64,000 bases of DNA from the NCBI RefSeq assembly GCF_006345805.1, contig NC_043013.1, forward strand, positions 27,032,001-27,096,000. The letters are read 5' to 3'. The stretch is from Octopus sinensis. Its lineage: Eukaryota. The notes under the pieces were generated by a model, which saw nothing but the letters and a program-made list of their open reading frames with translations, had not been told where the DNA came from and ran no database searches. Numbering within the stretch: position 1 is the stretch's first letter; the number at the start of each line of letters is the position of its first letter. Positions 52,501-64,000 of the stretch are shown in pieces. A program made the translations under genes and the position numbers.

Positions 52501-53130
52501 AAGGCAGCAAGCTCACAGAAACATTAGCGTGCTGGACGAAATGCTTAGCGGTATTTCGTCTGCCGTTACGTTCTGAGTTCAAATTCCGCCGAGGTTGACT
52601 TTGCCTTTCATCCTTTCGGGGTCGATTAAATAAGTACCTATTTCTTTATTACCCACAAGGGGCTAAACACAGAGGGGACAAACAAGGACAGACATGGGTA
52701 TTAAGTCGATTACATCGACCCCCAGTGCGTAACTGGTACTTAATTTATCGACCCCGAAAGGATGAAAGGCAAAGTCGACCTCGGCGGAATTTGAACTCAC
52801 AACGTAACGCAGATGAAATACCGCTAAGCATTTCGCCCGGCGTGCTAACGTTTCTGCCAGCTAGCCACCTTTTTAAATAAGTACCAGTTATGTTCTGGGG
52901 TTGATGTAATCGACTTAATCCGTTTGTCTGTCCTTGTTTGTCCTCTCTGTGTTTAGCCCCTTGTGGGTAGTAAAGAAATAGGTATTTCGTCTGTCTTTAC
53001 ATTCTGCATTCAAATTCCGCCGAGGTTGACTTTGCCTTTCATCCTTTCAGGGTTGATAAATTGAGTACCAGTTACATACTGGGGTTGATCTAATTAACTG
53101 CCCCCCCCCTTCCCGTGCCTACAGTAGAAA
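52501..53130. mobile_element. SINE C complex: a + copy split by an antisense full-length copy, then a tandem partial copy
   Basis: Insert at 52639-52873 with TSD TAAATAAGTACC (52627-52638 and 52874-52885). Confidence 0.93.
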
Positions 53131-53341
53131 ATTATCAATGAGACAAACCAAGTTAAAGCCAAATATTCTGTGAGTCACTCTGAAGTGAGATTCGGCTCAG
53201 GTTTAAGAAGATTGATCCCTATTGATACCAAACTGTCCAAAACCACTCTTGATTTTATGTTTCAGACCTCAAGTTTTAAAGTGATCTGAATTAAAACTTC
53301 TTATTTAAATTTCCTGTTATATTATGCTCCAAAACAGTAGC

Positions 53342-53515
53342 TTGACCCTTCAGCTTTCAGATTACACTATCAAATGTAATGTTTATTCATTCGCATTGTT
53401 TTGATTTAATAATACATTGTAGGGTAGCTGTTAGAGGCTGGATCTAGCTGGTCTGAACATAAAGCAGGTAAAATATTTAGGCTGGATATGGCCGGTTAGA
53501 ATGCTAAAAGGTTAA
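53342..53515. mobile_element. piggyBac-like MITE P2 (deleted)
   Basis: TTGA-CCCTTCAGC...AATGCTAAAAGG-TTAA. Confidence 0.75.
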
Positions 53516-53752
53516 TATTAATGGAGTTATTTTCAAAATTAATTAAGAGATATATGGTAGCATAAAAGTTAAAACACCACCTTGGCCTAAAATGCTCAAA
53601 AAAAATTCTGACTTCACAAAGTGCTTGTGACATTTTCATGTTACTCAGAAGTACTTAAGGCATTTGAAAGTCTGGGATTTCTTAGCTAATTTGGACCTAA
53701 GGTAGTTGCTTTTGAAACCCAGCTGTATTTATATAGGATATATAGCATAAGT

Positions 53753-54063
53753 GTGGAGGCGCAATGGCCCAGTGGTTAGGGCAGCGGACTCGCGGTTGTA
53801 GGATCGCGGTTTCGATTCCCAGACCGGGTGTTGTGAGTGTTTATTGAGCGAAAACACCTAAAGCTCCACGAGGCTCCGGCAGGGGGTGGTAGCGACCCCT
53901 GCTTTACTCTTTCGCCACAACTTTCTCTCACTCTTTCTTCTGTTGGCCTACTCGCTTAGCCAGCGGGGTGGCGTCACTTGAAGGCTAAAACAATGCAAAG
54001 CGCATTGTGACCAGCGATGTGTAGCAACATCTGATAGCCTGGTCGGTCACGGTGATCACGGTG
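53753..54063 (+). mobile_element. Young SINE B2 with 13-bp TSD
   Basis: TSD ATATAGCATAAGT at 53740-53752 and 54064-54076; tRNA-like head TGGCCCAGTGG...GGTTTCGATTCCC. Confidence 0.92.
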
Positions 54064-54908
54064 ATATAGCATAAGTTGGTTATGAAGAGCAATGAAATCC
54101 ATTTAGGCCTTTTTTTTCTCCTCAATTCCCAAGGCTGGGACTGAACCCAGACCGCATGGTTGGGAAGCAAACATTTTACCACACAACCACACCTGCATGT
54201 AAGTAAATTTATGCAACATATAACAGCGAAGGAAAATGTTTGTTCTAAATAGTGATGGTGATGGTGACAATCCTATTATACATTTGACACAGACATTGAT
54301 TTATAAAGTTAATCATGTTGAAGTAATATTAAGATTTATATCTTGGATCACCAGCCCAACCCAACCCAGCCATGACAACCACCTGTTTCAGCATAGGTAG
54401 AATTATAGTGTCAAGAGCTGAAAGAGACAAGTCATGGGTTAATGTCATTTTCTTTAGACAAAATTCTTTCAGCTTCTTCATAAATACTTTCTCTTATATT
54501 AGTTGTAAAATTATTGCCATAAAATAGCACATCTGTCATGTTCACAGAGGATGTCAGTTCATTCAAACTGGTGTCCTTCAACTTATTTTTTCTAGCCTAA
54601 GGTTTTTTTTTTTAACCCAATATTGTACATGGTATCGTTTATAGCTTTATCTGCTTTAAGTTCCACATTAAAATTATTTATTTGTTATTTCTTGAAGTTT
54701 GTAAAAAAAAATTTTTTCACTTCACTGTTCCTCACTCTGGGCTGACTTTCCTTCCTCTCTTAAAACTTTTTTGACTTTGAATTGTCATCGATGCTTCCGT
54801 GAGATTTTGTGTTTTTTTTCTCTGTAGGGAGGTTGGCCCAACACAAAACCACCTTTTTTTTTAATTCTGGGAAGAGGTGGTCTATATTAGTCTGGCCTCT
54901 CTATTCTT

Positions 54909-55018
54909 TGAGACTTATCCTGCATGGGGGTGGGGTAGGGGGCTACCAGGAACTTCAGCTGTGCTGGCATAGCTCCCAAGATCATTGATCGAGGCAGTCA
55001 AGTCATCACACCACAAGG
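54909..55018 (-). mobile_element. RTE-clade 5'-UTR-like remnant
   Basis: Minus strand CCTTGTGGTG...GGGAGCTATGCC...CCTGGTAG...CCCATG resembles the conserved RTE/BovB 5' leader; recognised from memory only. Confidence 0.45.
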
Positions 55019-55419
55019 AATGCACTTTGTTGTGGATTTACTTTTAGCATGCTGTATGCACATCATGTCACTATGCAAGTTTTCTCCCCTCCTAATGCAA
55101 CATAATGCCCTTGCAGCTACAGGGGAGAAAATTCATACAGTGATATGATGCACGCAAGCATGCTAAAGGTTAAAATAGTCTAAGTATGAATTTATTTATT
55201 CTTTGATTAGTTGTTGTCATTGGACTGTGACCATTCTGGAGCACTGCCTTCAAGTTTTGATTCAATCATATTGATCCCGTTACTTTATTGAGATATAAAG
55301 CTAGAGGACATAAAGTGACACCCAAACACAACAATGATTTTTAACCAGTGTATACACATACATACATACATAAATACATATGTACATACATGCATACATA
55401 CATATGCATAGATACACAC

Positions 55420-55810
55420 ATGTAGCTGTGTAGTTAAGAAACCCACTTTGCAACCACATGGTTTCAGGTTCGGTCCCACTGTGCAGCACCCTTGGTACAT
55501 ATCTTCTACTACACCTCTGAGCCAACCACTGCCTTGTGAGTGAATTTGATACAAGGAATTTGTGTGGAACTCCACCCTGTGTGTGTGTGTATGTGTCTTT
55601 GAGCTTATATATCTTCTCTCCACTGCTTGACAACCAATGTTTGTTTACATCCGTGTAACATAGCGGTCCAGCAAAAGAGATTGATGGAATAAGTACTATG
55701 GTTAGAAACATAAGTACTGGTGTTGATTTGATTGACTAAACCCTTCAAGGCAGTGCCCCAGCATGGCCGCAGTACAGTCAGTGACTGAAACAAGTGAAAG
55801 GTAAAAGAGT
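55420..55810 (+). mobile_element. SINE A
   Basis: Family motifs. Confidence 0.8.
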
Positions 55811-57762
55811 ATGTACATACATATATACATACATACATATGTACACAATACATACATACATACATACATACATGCTGGTGCCACGTATAAAGCACTCAGT
55901 CCACTCTGTAAGGGAGTTGGTGTTAGTAAGGACATCCAGTCCCCAAAACACTGCCAAAACAGACAGTGGAGCCTAGTGCAGTGTTCTGCCTAGCCAACCT
56001 CTGTCAAACCATCCAACCCATGCCAGCATGGAAAACAGACATTAAATGACGATACACACATACACACGTATGTATGATGGGCTCCTTCACAAAGTCTACT
56101 TGCAAAGGCTTTGGCCAAACTTTAGGTTACAGTATAAGACTTTTGACCTAGGTGCCATGCAGAAGTATCGATCTCAGAACCACAGAGTCATGAAATGAAC
56201 GTATTCACTACCTGGCTATGCATGCACTTGAGTATATTTGTATGTGTATATTTCAGTGTGTTTGTGTGTGTGTGTGCTTGTATGTGTGTATATATATTTA
56301 ATCATTGAGCATGTTGTGTCTTAATTATATTACACAAGTTTATCAAACTATTGAAGTTCAATCATTAGAAAGTAACTTTTTAGTGCAGCTAAAATGTATT
56401 TGAATAATCAAATATTCCCAAATGTTGGTGATGATTGCATTCTGGATTTTAGAGGCAAGTGCTCCTAGATTTGAATTGTCAAGAGATAATAGAAATGTGA
56501 TTAAATTGTCAACAACATTTTCTTGATAACTTTTCCCTGGGAGCAATACACTTCTTCTTTGTGAAGTTGATTTTATCATATAATGCTTTTTTTTTTGTTT
56601 GTTTTTTTTGGGTTTTTTTTCCATTTTATATTGTTTAATCTGTCTTTCGCAAACTCTTCAGAGAATTTCACCAATCCTTCGCCACCTCCTTCCTCCTCAT
56701 CCTTTTTCTCCAATATCCTCATCAGCCCCACTCAACACACACACACATACACACACACACCCTACTTCTGCTAAGAATAAATAATAAATAAAAATAGAAA
56801 AGGATTTTGATTGCTGTATTTAAAACTGCTTTTTTTTTTGTTCCCGTTTTTGTTTGTTTTTTTTCCTTTCCTACAACTAATGCATGTGATGTTTTGTAAA
56901 AGAATTTCTGTGAAGATGTTACTCCTATGTTTCTTGTTCTTTCTCTGTCACTGTTAGGTCCTTACATAATTAAACTATTACGCAACTATACAGAATTTGT
57001 CTCTCACTCTCTCTCTCCCTCCCTCCATCTCTCTATCTATCTATCTATCTATCTATCTCTGTGACCATTTATAAAAGAAGCACTGTTTCCATTCATTCAG
57101 TTTAGTCTCTCACTCTGCCTCAATATATTTATGTCAGGTTACTTCAACAGTTTTGAATTAACATTTGATTGAAGGATATAATTATGTAAATATTATCTTC
57201 TTGTTTTCAGTCTTTTACTTTTGTCAGTCATTGCACTGTGGCCATGCTGGGGCACCACCTTGAAGGATTTAGTCAAAGAAATCATCACCAATACTTGTTT
57301 TTTTTTTTAAGCCTGGTACTTATTATATTGGGCATTTTTGATGAACCACTAAGTTATAGGGACATAAACAAACCAACACAGGTTGTTAAGCAGTGGTGGA
57401 GGACAAACTCATAGGTGTGTGTGTGTCTGTGTGTATACACACACACACACACGCACAGATATAAATAAATATAAGTGGAGTTCAAAATTCACAACAGCTG
57501 TTTCAGCAGCATTTCAGTGATGCATTCTTAGATTACATCATGGCAAAAATCCACCATGTGTTCTTTATACATACGCTAGACTTGGAAATACAATACTGTT
57601 TCAACACTTGGCTTCACTACGTTCTGTGTTCAAATTCTAAGGTCACCTTTGTCTTTCATCTTTTCGGAGTTGACAAAATAAGTACCAGTTGAACACTGGG
57701 GTCAATGTAATCGACTTGTCCTCACTTCCCCCAAGCTGCTCTTGCAACACAAATTCATTAAT

Positions 57763-57794
<32 letters not shown>

Positions 57795-58811
57795 CAAATG
57801 TGCATGTGTGATGGGCCTCTTTCAGTTTCTGCTTACCAAATCCCGAGGCTATAGTACTATAGTAGAAAACACCTGCCCAAGGTACCACACAGTGAGACTG
57901 AACCCTAATCCATGTGGTTGAGAAACAAACTTCTTACCACATAACCACACCTGCACCTATAAACATAGATGGTAAACTAGTCATTATTTGCACAGTATAT
58001 GTTAACCAGGTAAACACAATCTGTTACCATGGCTCACTGCAATATCAACTCTAATTTTGAGATTGCGTATCAAAAGAAATAGATAGGTTTTATTCTTCTT
58101 TTTAATCAATAGCTACCTGTGTGTTATTTAGCTTAAACTTTATTAATTTCTTGTGGTTGTTTCTAAAATACTTATTCATACCAGGCCAGGAATTCTGTAA
58201 GGCAAGTCAATTTAAATGAATGAAATCTGTGTCAAGCCTTCACCCACAACTTACCTTTTGACACCTATTCCTCCATCAATCTTCTTATTTACCCTATTTC
58301 CTTCCTTCACTTTAATTCCACTAGACTGATATTTCCTGAGTCCAACTCATTCCCTATCTCTAATCATGTCACACTATCCTTGTGTGCATTCTTACCTCCA
58401 CATCCATCTTTTCTCTTCCTCTATCCTATTCTGTCTTTCATATCCACTTTGTACCTTGATCTCACATTATCTCTTCCTCCATGTACTCACCTCTCCAGCA
58501 AGACACCTCCTGACCCTCTACCCTAGTTTCTTACCTCTCAGTACTATACCCCTCCTAGTAGAGGGATTTTGTCTTAAAGATACTTGCTGACCTCACCAGT
58601 GCAGGTGCCATGACAAAAAAAGCACCTTGTACACTAGTGAAGTCGCTGGCTTTAGGAAGGGCATCCAGCCATAGAAACCATGCCAAAAACAGACATTGGA
58701 ACTTGGCACAGTTCTCTAGCTTGTCTGTCCATGTTGAACCATTGAATCCATGCCAATATATTATTACTATTATTATTATTATTATTATTATAATTATCAT
58801 CATCATCATCA

Positions 58812-58842
<31 letters not shown>

Positions 58843-58847
58843 CATGA

Positions 58848-59290
58848 TGATGAAAGCGATATGCTGGCAAGAATCATTAGCACACGGGGCGAAATGCTTA
58901 GCAGTATATTGTCTATGCTACGTTCTGTGTTCAAATTCTGAGGTCGACTATGCCTTTCATCTTTTCAGAGCTGATAAAATAAGTACCAGTTGAATACTGC
59001 GGTCAATGTAATCAACTCGTCCTCACTTCCCTCAAGCTGCCCTTGTAGCATAAATTTGAAATAATTGTTATCATTATGAAGGCAATGAGCTGGCAGAATC
59101 ATTAACATGTCAGGCAAAATGCTCGGTGGTATATCGTCTGCTGCTATGTTCTGAGTTCAAATTCTACTGAGGTTGACTTCGCATTTCATCTTTTCAGGGT
59201 TGATCAAATAAGACCAGTTACACACTGGGGTTGATGTGATCGATTTAATCCCCTCCTCCAAGCTTCCCTTGTGGCAAAAATTTGAAATCA
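58848..59290 (+). mobile_element. Two tandem SINE C copies
   Basis: Heads at ~58850 and ~59080, each following ATT/ATC repeats. Confidence 0.82.
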
Positions 59291-59299
59291 TCATCATCA

Positions 59300-59844
59300 T
59301 TATTATTATTATTGAGTGAGAGAGCAGTTCATGCCATCAAAGTGACACTGGGGTAAAATATACGAAGCCCAATATACCCATCATGACTACCCGTCTGATA
59401 AGGGTACACCAGGCACATGCATCACAACCATATGTGCGCAACATGGTGATCTCATATCAAGGTAAACAGCACATGACCTTGCAGGTGGAGCCCAGTTAGA
59501 ATTTTCTTCAGGTCAAGTAGCCCATCCCACTCAAAAGGTCCCTGAATAAGGGTTGTTTAAGGATGTTGAAAGAACCACCTATGTTTCCAGAGGTGAATTA
59601 TTCAAACCCCAAAGAATCCCTCTCAACACATGGCTATGATGCTCCCCCACTACTTCTGCTCGTGATCAGAGATGCACATATTGTCAGCCACTAAGGGACA
59701 TGCTCAACTGGTTAAGGTCAAACAACTGACAAGCAAATCTGTGGTATTGAGCAGAATATTTGCTGTAGCCCATCTTTTATACCAAGACAAAACAATGTAC
59801 ATGATGACACTTCCAATCAGTTAAGATCAGAAGCCATGAGAGCC
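59300..59844 (-). mobile_element. (AAT)n-tailed retroelement 3' region
   Basis: Uninterrupted homologue of most of 11366-12594. Confidence 0.8.
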
Positions 59845-59892
<48 letters not shown>

Positions 59893-60111
59893 CATTATTA
59901 TTATTATGTGGCAGAATTGTTAGCACACTGGATAAAATGCTTGGTGGTATTTCTCCCGTCGCTACATTCTGAGTTCAAATTCCACCAAGGTCAACCTTGC
60001 CTTTTATCCTTTCAGAGTCAATAAATTGAGCACCAGTGTAACACTGGTGTCAATTTAATTGACTAGTCTCCTCCCCCTAAATTTCAGGCCTCTTGTTTTT
60101 AGTAGAAAGGA

Positions 60112-60609
60112 TTATTATTACTATTACTCTCATTAATATTATTACTATTATTATTATTATTATTATTATTACTATTACTCTCATTAATATTATTACTATT
60201 ATTATTATTATTATTATTACTATTACTCTCATTAATATTATTACTATATTATTATTATTATTATTATTACTATTACTCTCATTAATATTATTACTATTAT
60301 TATTATTATTATTATTATTACTATTACTCTCATTAATATTATTACTATTATTATTATTATTATTATTATTACTATTACTCTCATTAATATTATTACTATT
60401 ATTATTATTATATTATTATTATTATTATTATTACTATTACTCTCATTAATATATTACTATTATTATTATATTATTATTATTACTATTACTCTCATTAATA
60501 TTATTACTATTATTATTATTATTATTATTATTACTATTACTCTCATTAATATTATTACTATTATTATTATTATTATTATTATTACTATTACTCTCATTAA
60601 TATTATTAC

Positions 60610-60651
<42 letters not shown>

Positions 60652-60674
60652 TACTCTCATTAATATTATTACTA

Positions 60675-60705
<31 letters not shown>

Positions 60706-60730
60706 TACTATTTTAATTATTATTATTATT
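60112..60730. repeat. Compound minisatellite, 11 units of ~50 bp
   Basis: ACTATTACTCTCATTAATATTATTACT plus variable (ATT)n; flanked by SINE C copies at ~59905-60110 and ~60731-60930. Confidence 0.95.
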
Positions 60731-61984
60731 AGCACTTGGCATGTCTTGCTGTGTTTGTTCTGGCATTTTACATTCTAAGTTCAAATCCTTCTGGAGTCAA
60801 CTTCGCTTTTCATTTCTCCTGGGATCAATAAAACAAAGTATCAGTGAAAGTACTGGGGTCGCGTCGCTTTGATTGACTATGTCCCCTCCCCTCAAATTAC
60901 TGGCCTTGTGCCTAAATTTGAAGTAATTATCAGTTCTCACTTGTTTTTGTTTTATTTTTGCTAATTAATATTTGCAACCTGCCAGTCTTTTCCTTCTCCC
61001 TTCATCCAATGTGTGAATGAGCTTGCAAAGATCATTCTCTGGTGGTGGGGAGCAGCAAGTAGTGGTGGTGGTGGTGGTGGTGGTGTTGCTACCATTGGTG
61101 CTATTGATTGCTTACCTCCCCTATGGAAAGGCCAGATGTGTGTGAGGTGTGTTGATAGAATGGCAGGGGAAGGGAGAGAGAGAGAGAGAGACAGAGAAAA
61201 TGAGAGTAAGTGAGTGAAACTAGGCATCTGTGGTAGAGAGGTGGTGAGGGGGTAAGATTTAGACTATATCATCTTGGCAGCTGGTGTTTACTTTTTGTTT
61301 CTCTTTTCTTTTTCTTTTTTTTTCTTTTCCAAGTCTGCATTCATGGATCAGTTATGATGATGACGATGATCTGTGGGGGTTTTCGTTGTTGTTGTTACTA
61401 CTGCTAGCTTGAAGGACTAACCATGATTACAAAACCTTGCTTTGTTCTTTCTAAAGATTCCCTCTTCCTCCTCCTCATTTTCTCTCTCTTTCTCTTGCCC
61501 TCTTTCTCTCTTTCCCCCTATAGTAACTACCATATAATACACACACACACATGCATTATTGTTTCCTGTCATCAATCCACACTTCCTACCAACTATGCTA
61601 TGTATAGTCCAGGTTGTAGTTGATTGGAAAGGGTTGGCTGGCTAGTCTAGGGGGTAAGTTTGTGTGTGTGTGTGTGTGGTGGGGATTTTATATGTACTTT
61701 ATGAAGTAGGCTGCCTCTTTCACTACCCCAAAACACACTACTTTTCTCTTTTTAAATATTATATTTATTATTTCAAATATCCAACCAGGTCTGTCTTAGC
61801 AGACCCCACACAAGGCATATCACTACATCCCCCCTCTCCGGCTAGTATTTATTCATTAATTGATAGCAAGTCATGACCATAGATCAGAATTTGGTCCCTA
61901 GATTTATGGTGTCCCTCTGGCAAATCAACTCTCACTAGGCCCTAGAGTATTTTAGTGACACCAGGCCACAGCATACCTGCTGGC

Positions 61985-62305
61985 ACTCTGTCGGTTACGA
62001 TGACCAAGATTCCAGTTGAACTGATAAACAGAACAGCCTGCACGTCAAATTAACATGCAAGTGGCTGAGTACTCCACAGACACGTGTATCCTTAACATAG
62101 TTCTCAGGTAGATTCAGCGTGACACATAGTGTGAGACAAGGCTGGCCCTTTGGAATACAAGTACTACTCATTTTTGGCAGCTGAGTGAACTGGAGCAATA
62201 TGAGATAGAGTATCTTGCTCAAGGACACAACACATGGCTGGGTATTGAACTCATAACTTTACAATTATGAGCTGAGCACCTTAAATACTTAACCATGTTC
62301 CTTCA
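61985..62305 (-). mobile_element. SINE B
   Basis: Homologous to 20932-21258. Confidence 0.85.
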
Positions 62306-62376
62306 CAACATACATGGATCAGGATTGAGCCATAGACTTGTGAGGCCTCTGGGCAACTGCTCAATGTGTCAAAGCC

Positions 62377-62605
62377 TTAACCTTTTTGTTACTGTATTTA
62401 TTTTGAGATGCTCTGTGTTTCTTTCAATTATTTTAAATATAACAAAGAGTTTAGAAAAATAACTTAGTTATCATTCAGCTAGTGTTAGGAACATAAATTG
62501 TAACTAAGGTTTGGTGGAAAATTTTAATTCAGAACTTATGAAAACAAGACATTATGTACTCAGAGCCAAAGCCGGTTTCAGCCGGGTTGGTAACGAAAGG
62601 GTTAA
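62377..62605. mobile_element. piggyBac-like MITE P1
   Basis: TTAA-CCTTTTTGTTAC...GTAACGAAAGGG-TTAA. Confidence 0.9.
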
Positions 62606-63892
62606 GAGTACATTGTAACTCACACCTCTGTAGATTGTGGTTCTCTATTTTGCTGACTTCAATGTTTTTTTTTTCTTTTCCACAAGTGTTGGTTGAGGGC
62701 CATATTGGTTGCTGATATGGGATTTTAGGACAAGAAATATTAAATACAGCTAACTGTGTTGCTATAAGTGCATATGTGCATGTATGTTTGTGTGTGTGTC
62801 TGATGTTCTGCAAGTATGTGTTTTATTCTGTTTATGTGTGTATGTTTATTACTCTGTGTGTGTGTGTGTCTATGCGTTAGTTGCCTTGTGTGTATGTGGT
62901 GTTTTCTCAGTGTGTTTGTACTTCTGTAATTTATAGATTAAAAATAATCTACTTTGCCTTTGCTCCAGTATTTGCTCTCAAATATTACACATGCTGTGCA
63001 CACACACACACACACACACACAAAGCCACTCATCAACAACTCTACCACACATACACACACTCCAAATCACATCACAATTGCTATTCTCAAGATTAACATT
63101 TTATATCTTTTTCTGTGTGTAATTATGTCAGGCATAAGCACAGAGTAACAAGCCTATTGATGGTTGTGTGAGTGTATGTATGTGTGCATGTGTATACACA
63201 CACACACACCACACACACATACATATATATAGAGAGAGAAAGAGAGAGAGAGAACCCATGCCAACAGAGAAAACGGATTTAATTAACAATATTATATATA
63301 TATAATCAAATGAATTAAAACATGTGATGGATAAGTGTCAGTTCATTACAGTTGTTTCTTAGGTAACTTTTAATGAACAGTGAGAAACATTACACTATTT
63401 TAAAAGGGTATAATCATCAGATGAGAATGTAAATTTTACAGAACGAACGGGTGTCCCAGGAATTGCAGCAGAGATGTGTCATTTGAGGCCGAGCTATGAA
63501 AGGGAAATGACCAACAATGCTAACCATTAAAATGTAGTTCTTAGGCACTAAATATTCATAGGGTTGCTTTTATCTGTGTACAGAACTGTGCATGCACATT
63601 GTTTGTTTTTGATTTTGTCAACTACACAGTATAGTAGGGTCAGTTGGGCACCATCTGTGTAAAAACGGGACCGTGACGCAATTCATCCTGCCACAAATTT
63701 GGAAATGACATGCTGTTCTGCTTGGCATTCATGCTGGAAGCTCCAATATGAACATTTTAGTGGACACAACACATGGTTGGGTACTGAACTAACAACTTTA
63801 TAATTATGAGCTGAACACCTTAAATACTTAACCATGTTCCTTCGCAACATAGGATCAGGGTTGGGCCATAGACTTGTGAGGCCCCTAGACTG

Positions 63893-64000
63893 ATAAAATT
63901 CAAACATCCAGTTAACATCTTGGTGTTTGGAGTGATCGCTAGTGATAAGCGATGTTATGCCCCCATTCATCTTCCCACACAGCCTCAGACTCAACATGGA
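63893..64000 (+). pseudogene. Tc1/mariner-superfamily (maT/DD37D-like) transposase fragment, runs off the window edge
   Basis: IKFKHPVNILVFGVIASD(+1 fs)DVMPPFIFPHSLRLNME, matching the KHP..MVFG..SDG.VMPP catalytic-domain motif. Confidence 0.72.

Noticed and set aside
53753-53830. tRNA-like sequences at SINE heads (also 21185-21258)
   Set aside because: They continue into SINE bodies with TSDs and lack a proper acceptor stem and terminator; not tRNA genes.
61108-61130. Minus-strand CATAG|GGGAG|GTAAGC 5-nt microexon-like motif
   Set aside because: Frame-shifting length, opposite strand to the other splice candidates, and plausible by chance.
691-63997. Most ORF-track entries (poly-I/Y/L/H/T/V/C peptides; recurring YQIHSQG, SRRHLPK and MDGSTGV peptides)
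   Set aside because: They are translations of microsatellites and SINE copies, with no domain signal, splice context or codon structure.

Overview
AT-rich, microsatellite-saturated eukaryotic DNA. The repeat families point to an octopus (coleoid cephalopod) genome; this is an inference from repeat content. No host protein-coding exon is supported, so the window looks like the interior of a very long intron or intergenic DNA. Almost all ORF-track entries are artefacts of microsatellites or SINEs. The window holds dozens of SINEs in several families, labelled ad hoc: A = tRNA/CORE-like with a central microsatellite; B/B2 = tRNA/CORE-like; C = SINE with a GCCTTTCATCCTTTCGGGGTCGATAAA central domain; E = (GAT)n-tailed RTE-type fragments. 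It also holds TTAA-flanked piggyBac-like MITEs, hAT-like MITEs with 8-bp TSDs, mariner MITEs, two dead Tc1/mariner transposase fragments and RTE and L1/Tx1-like LINE remnants. The only clearly recognisable protein domain beyond these transposase and LINE remnants is a Penelope-like GIY-YIG endonuclease. Most interesting: (i) microsatellite-embedded Penelope-like termini carrying minimal type I hammerhead ribozyme motifs (three copies, one a ~200-bp solo mini-element); (ii) candidate recursive-splice and microexon signals on the + strand; (iii) nested or inverted SINE structures predicted to form long dsRNA; (iv) a LINE 3' end whose tail matches the SINE C tail. Repeat boundaries without a stated TSD or TIR are approximate (about 10-30 bp).
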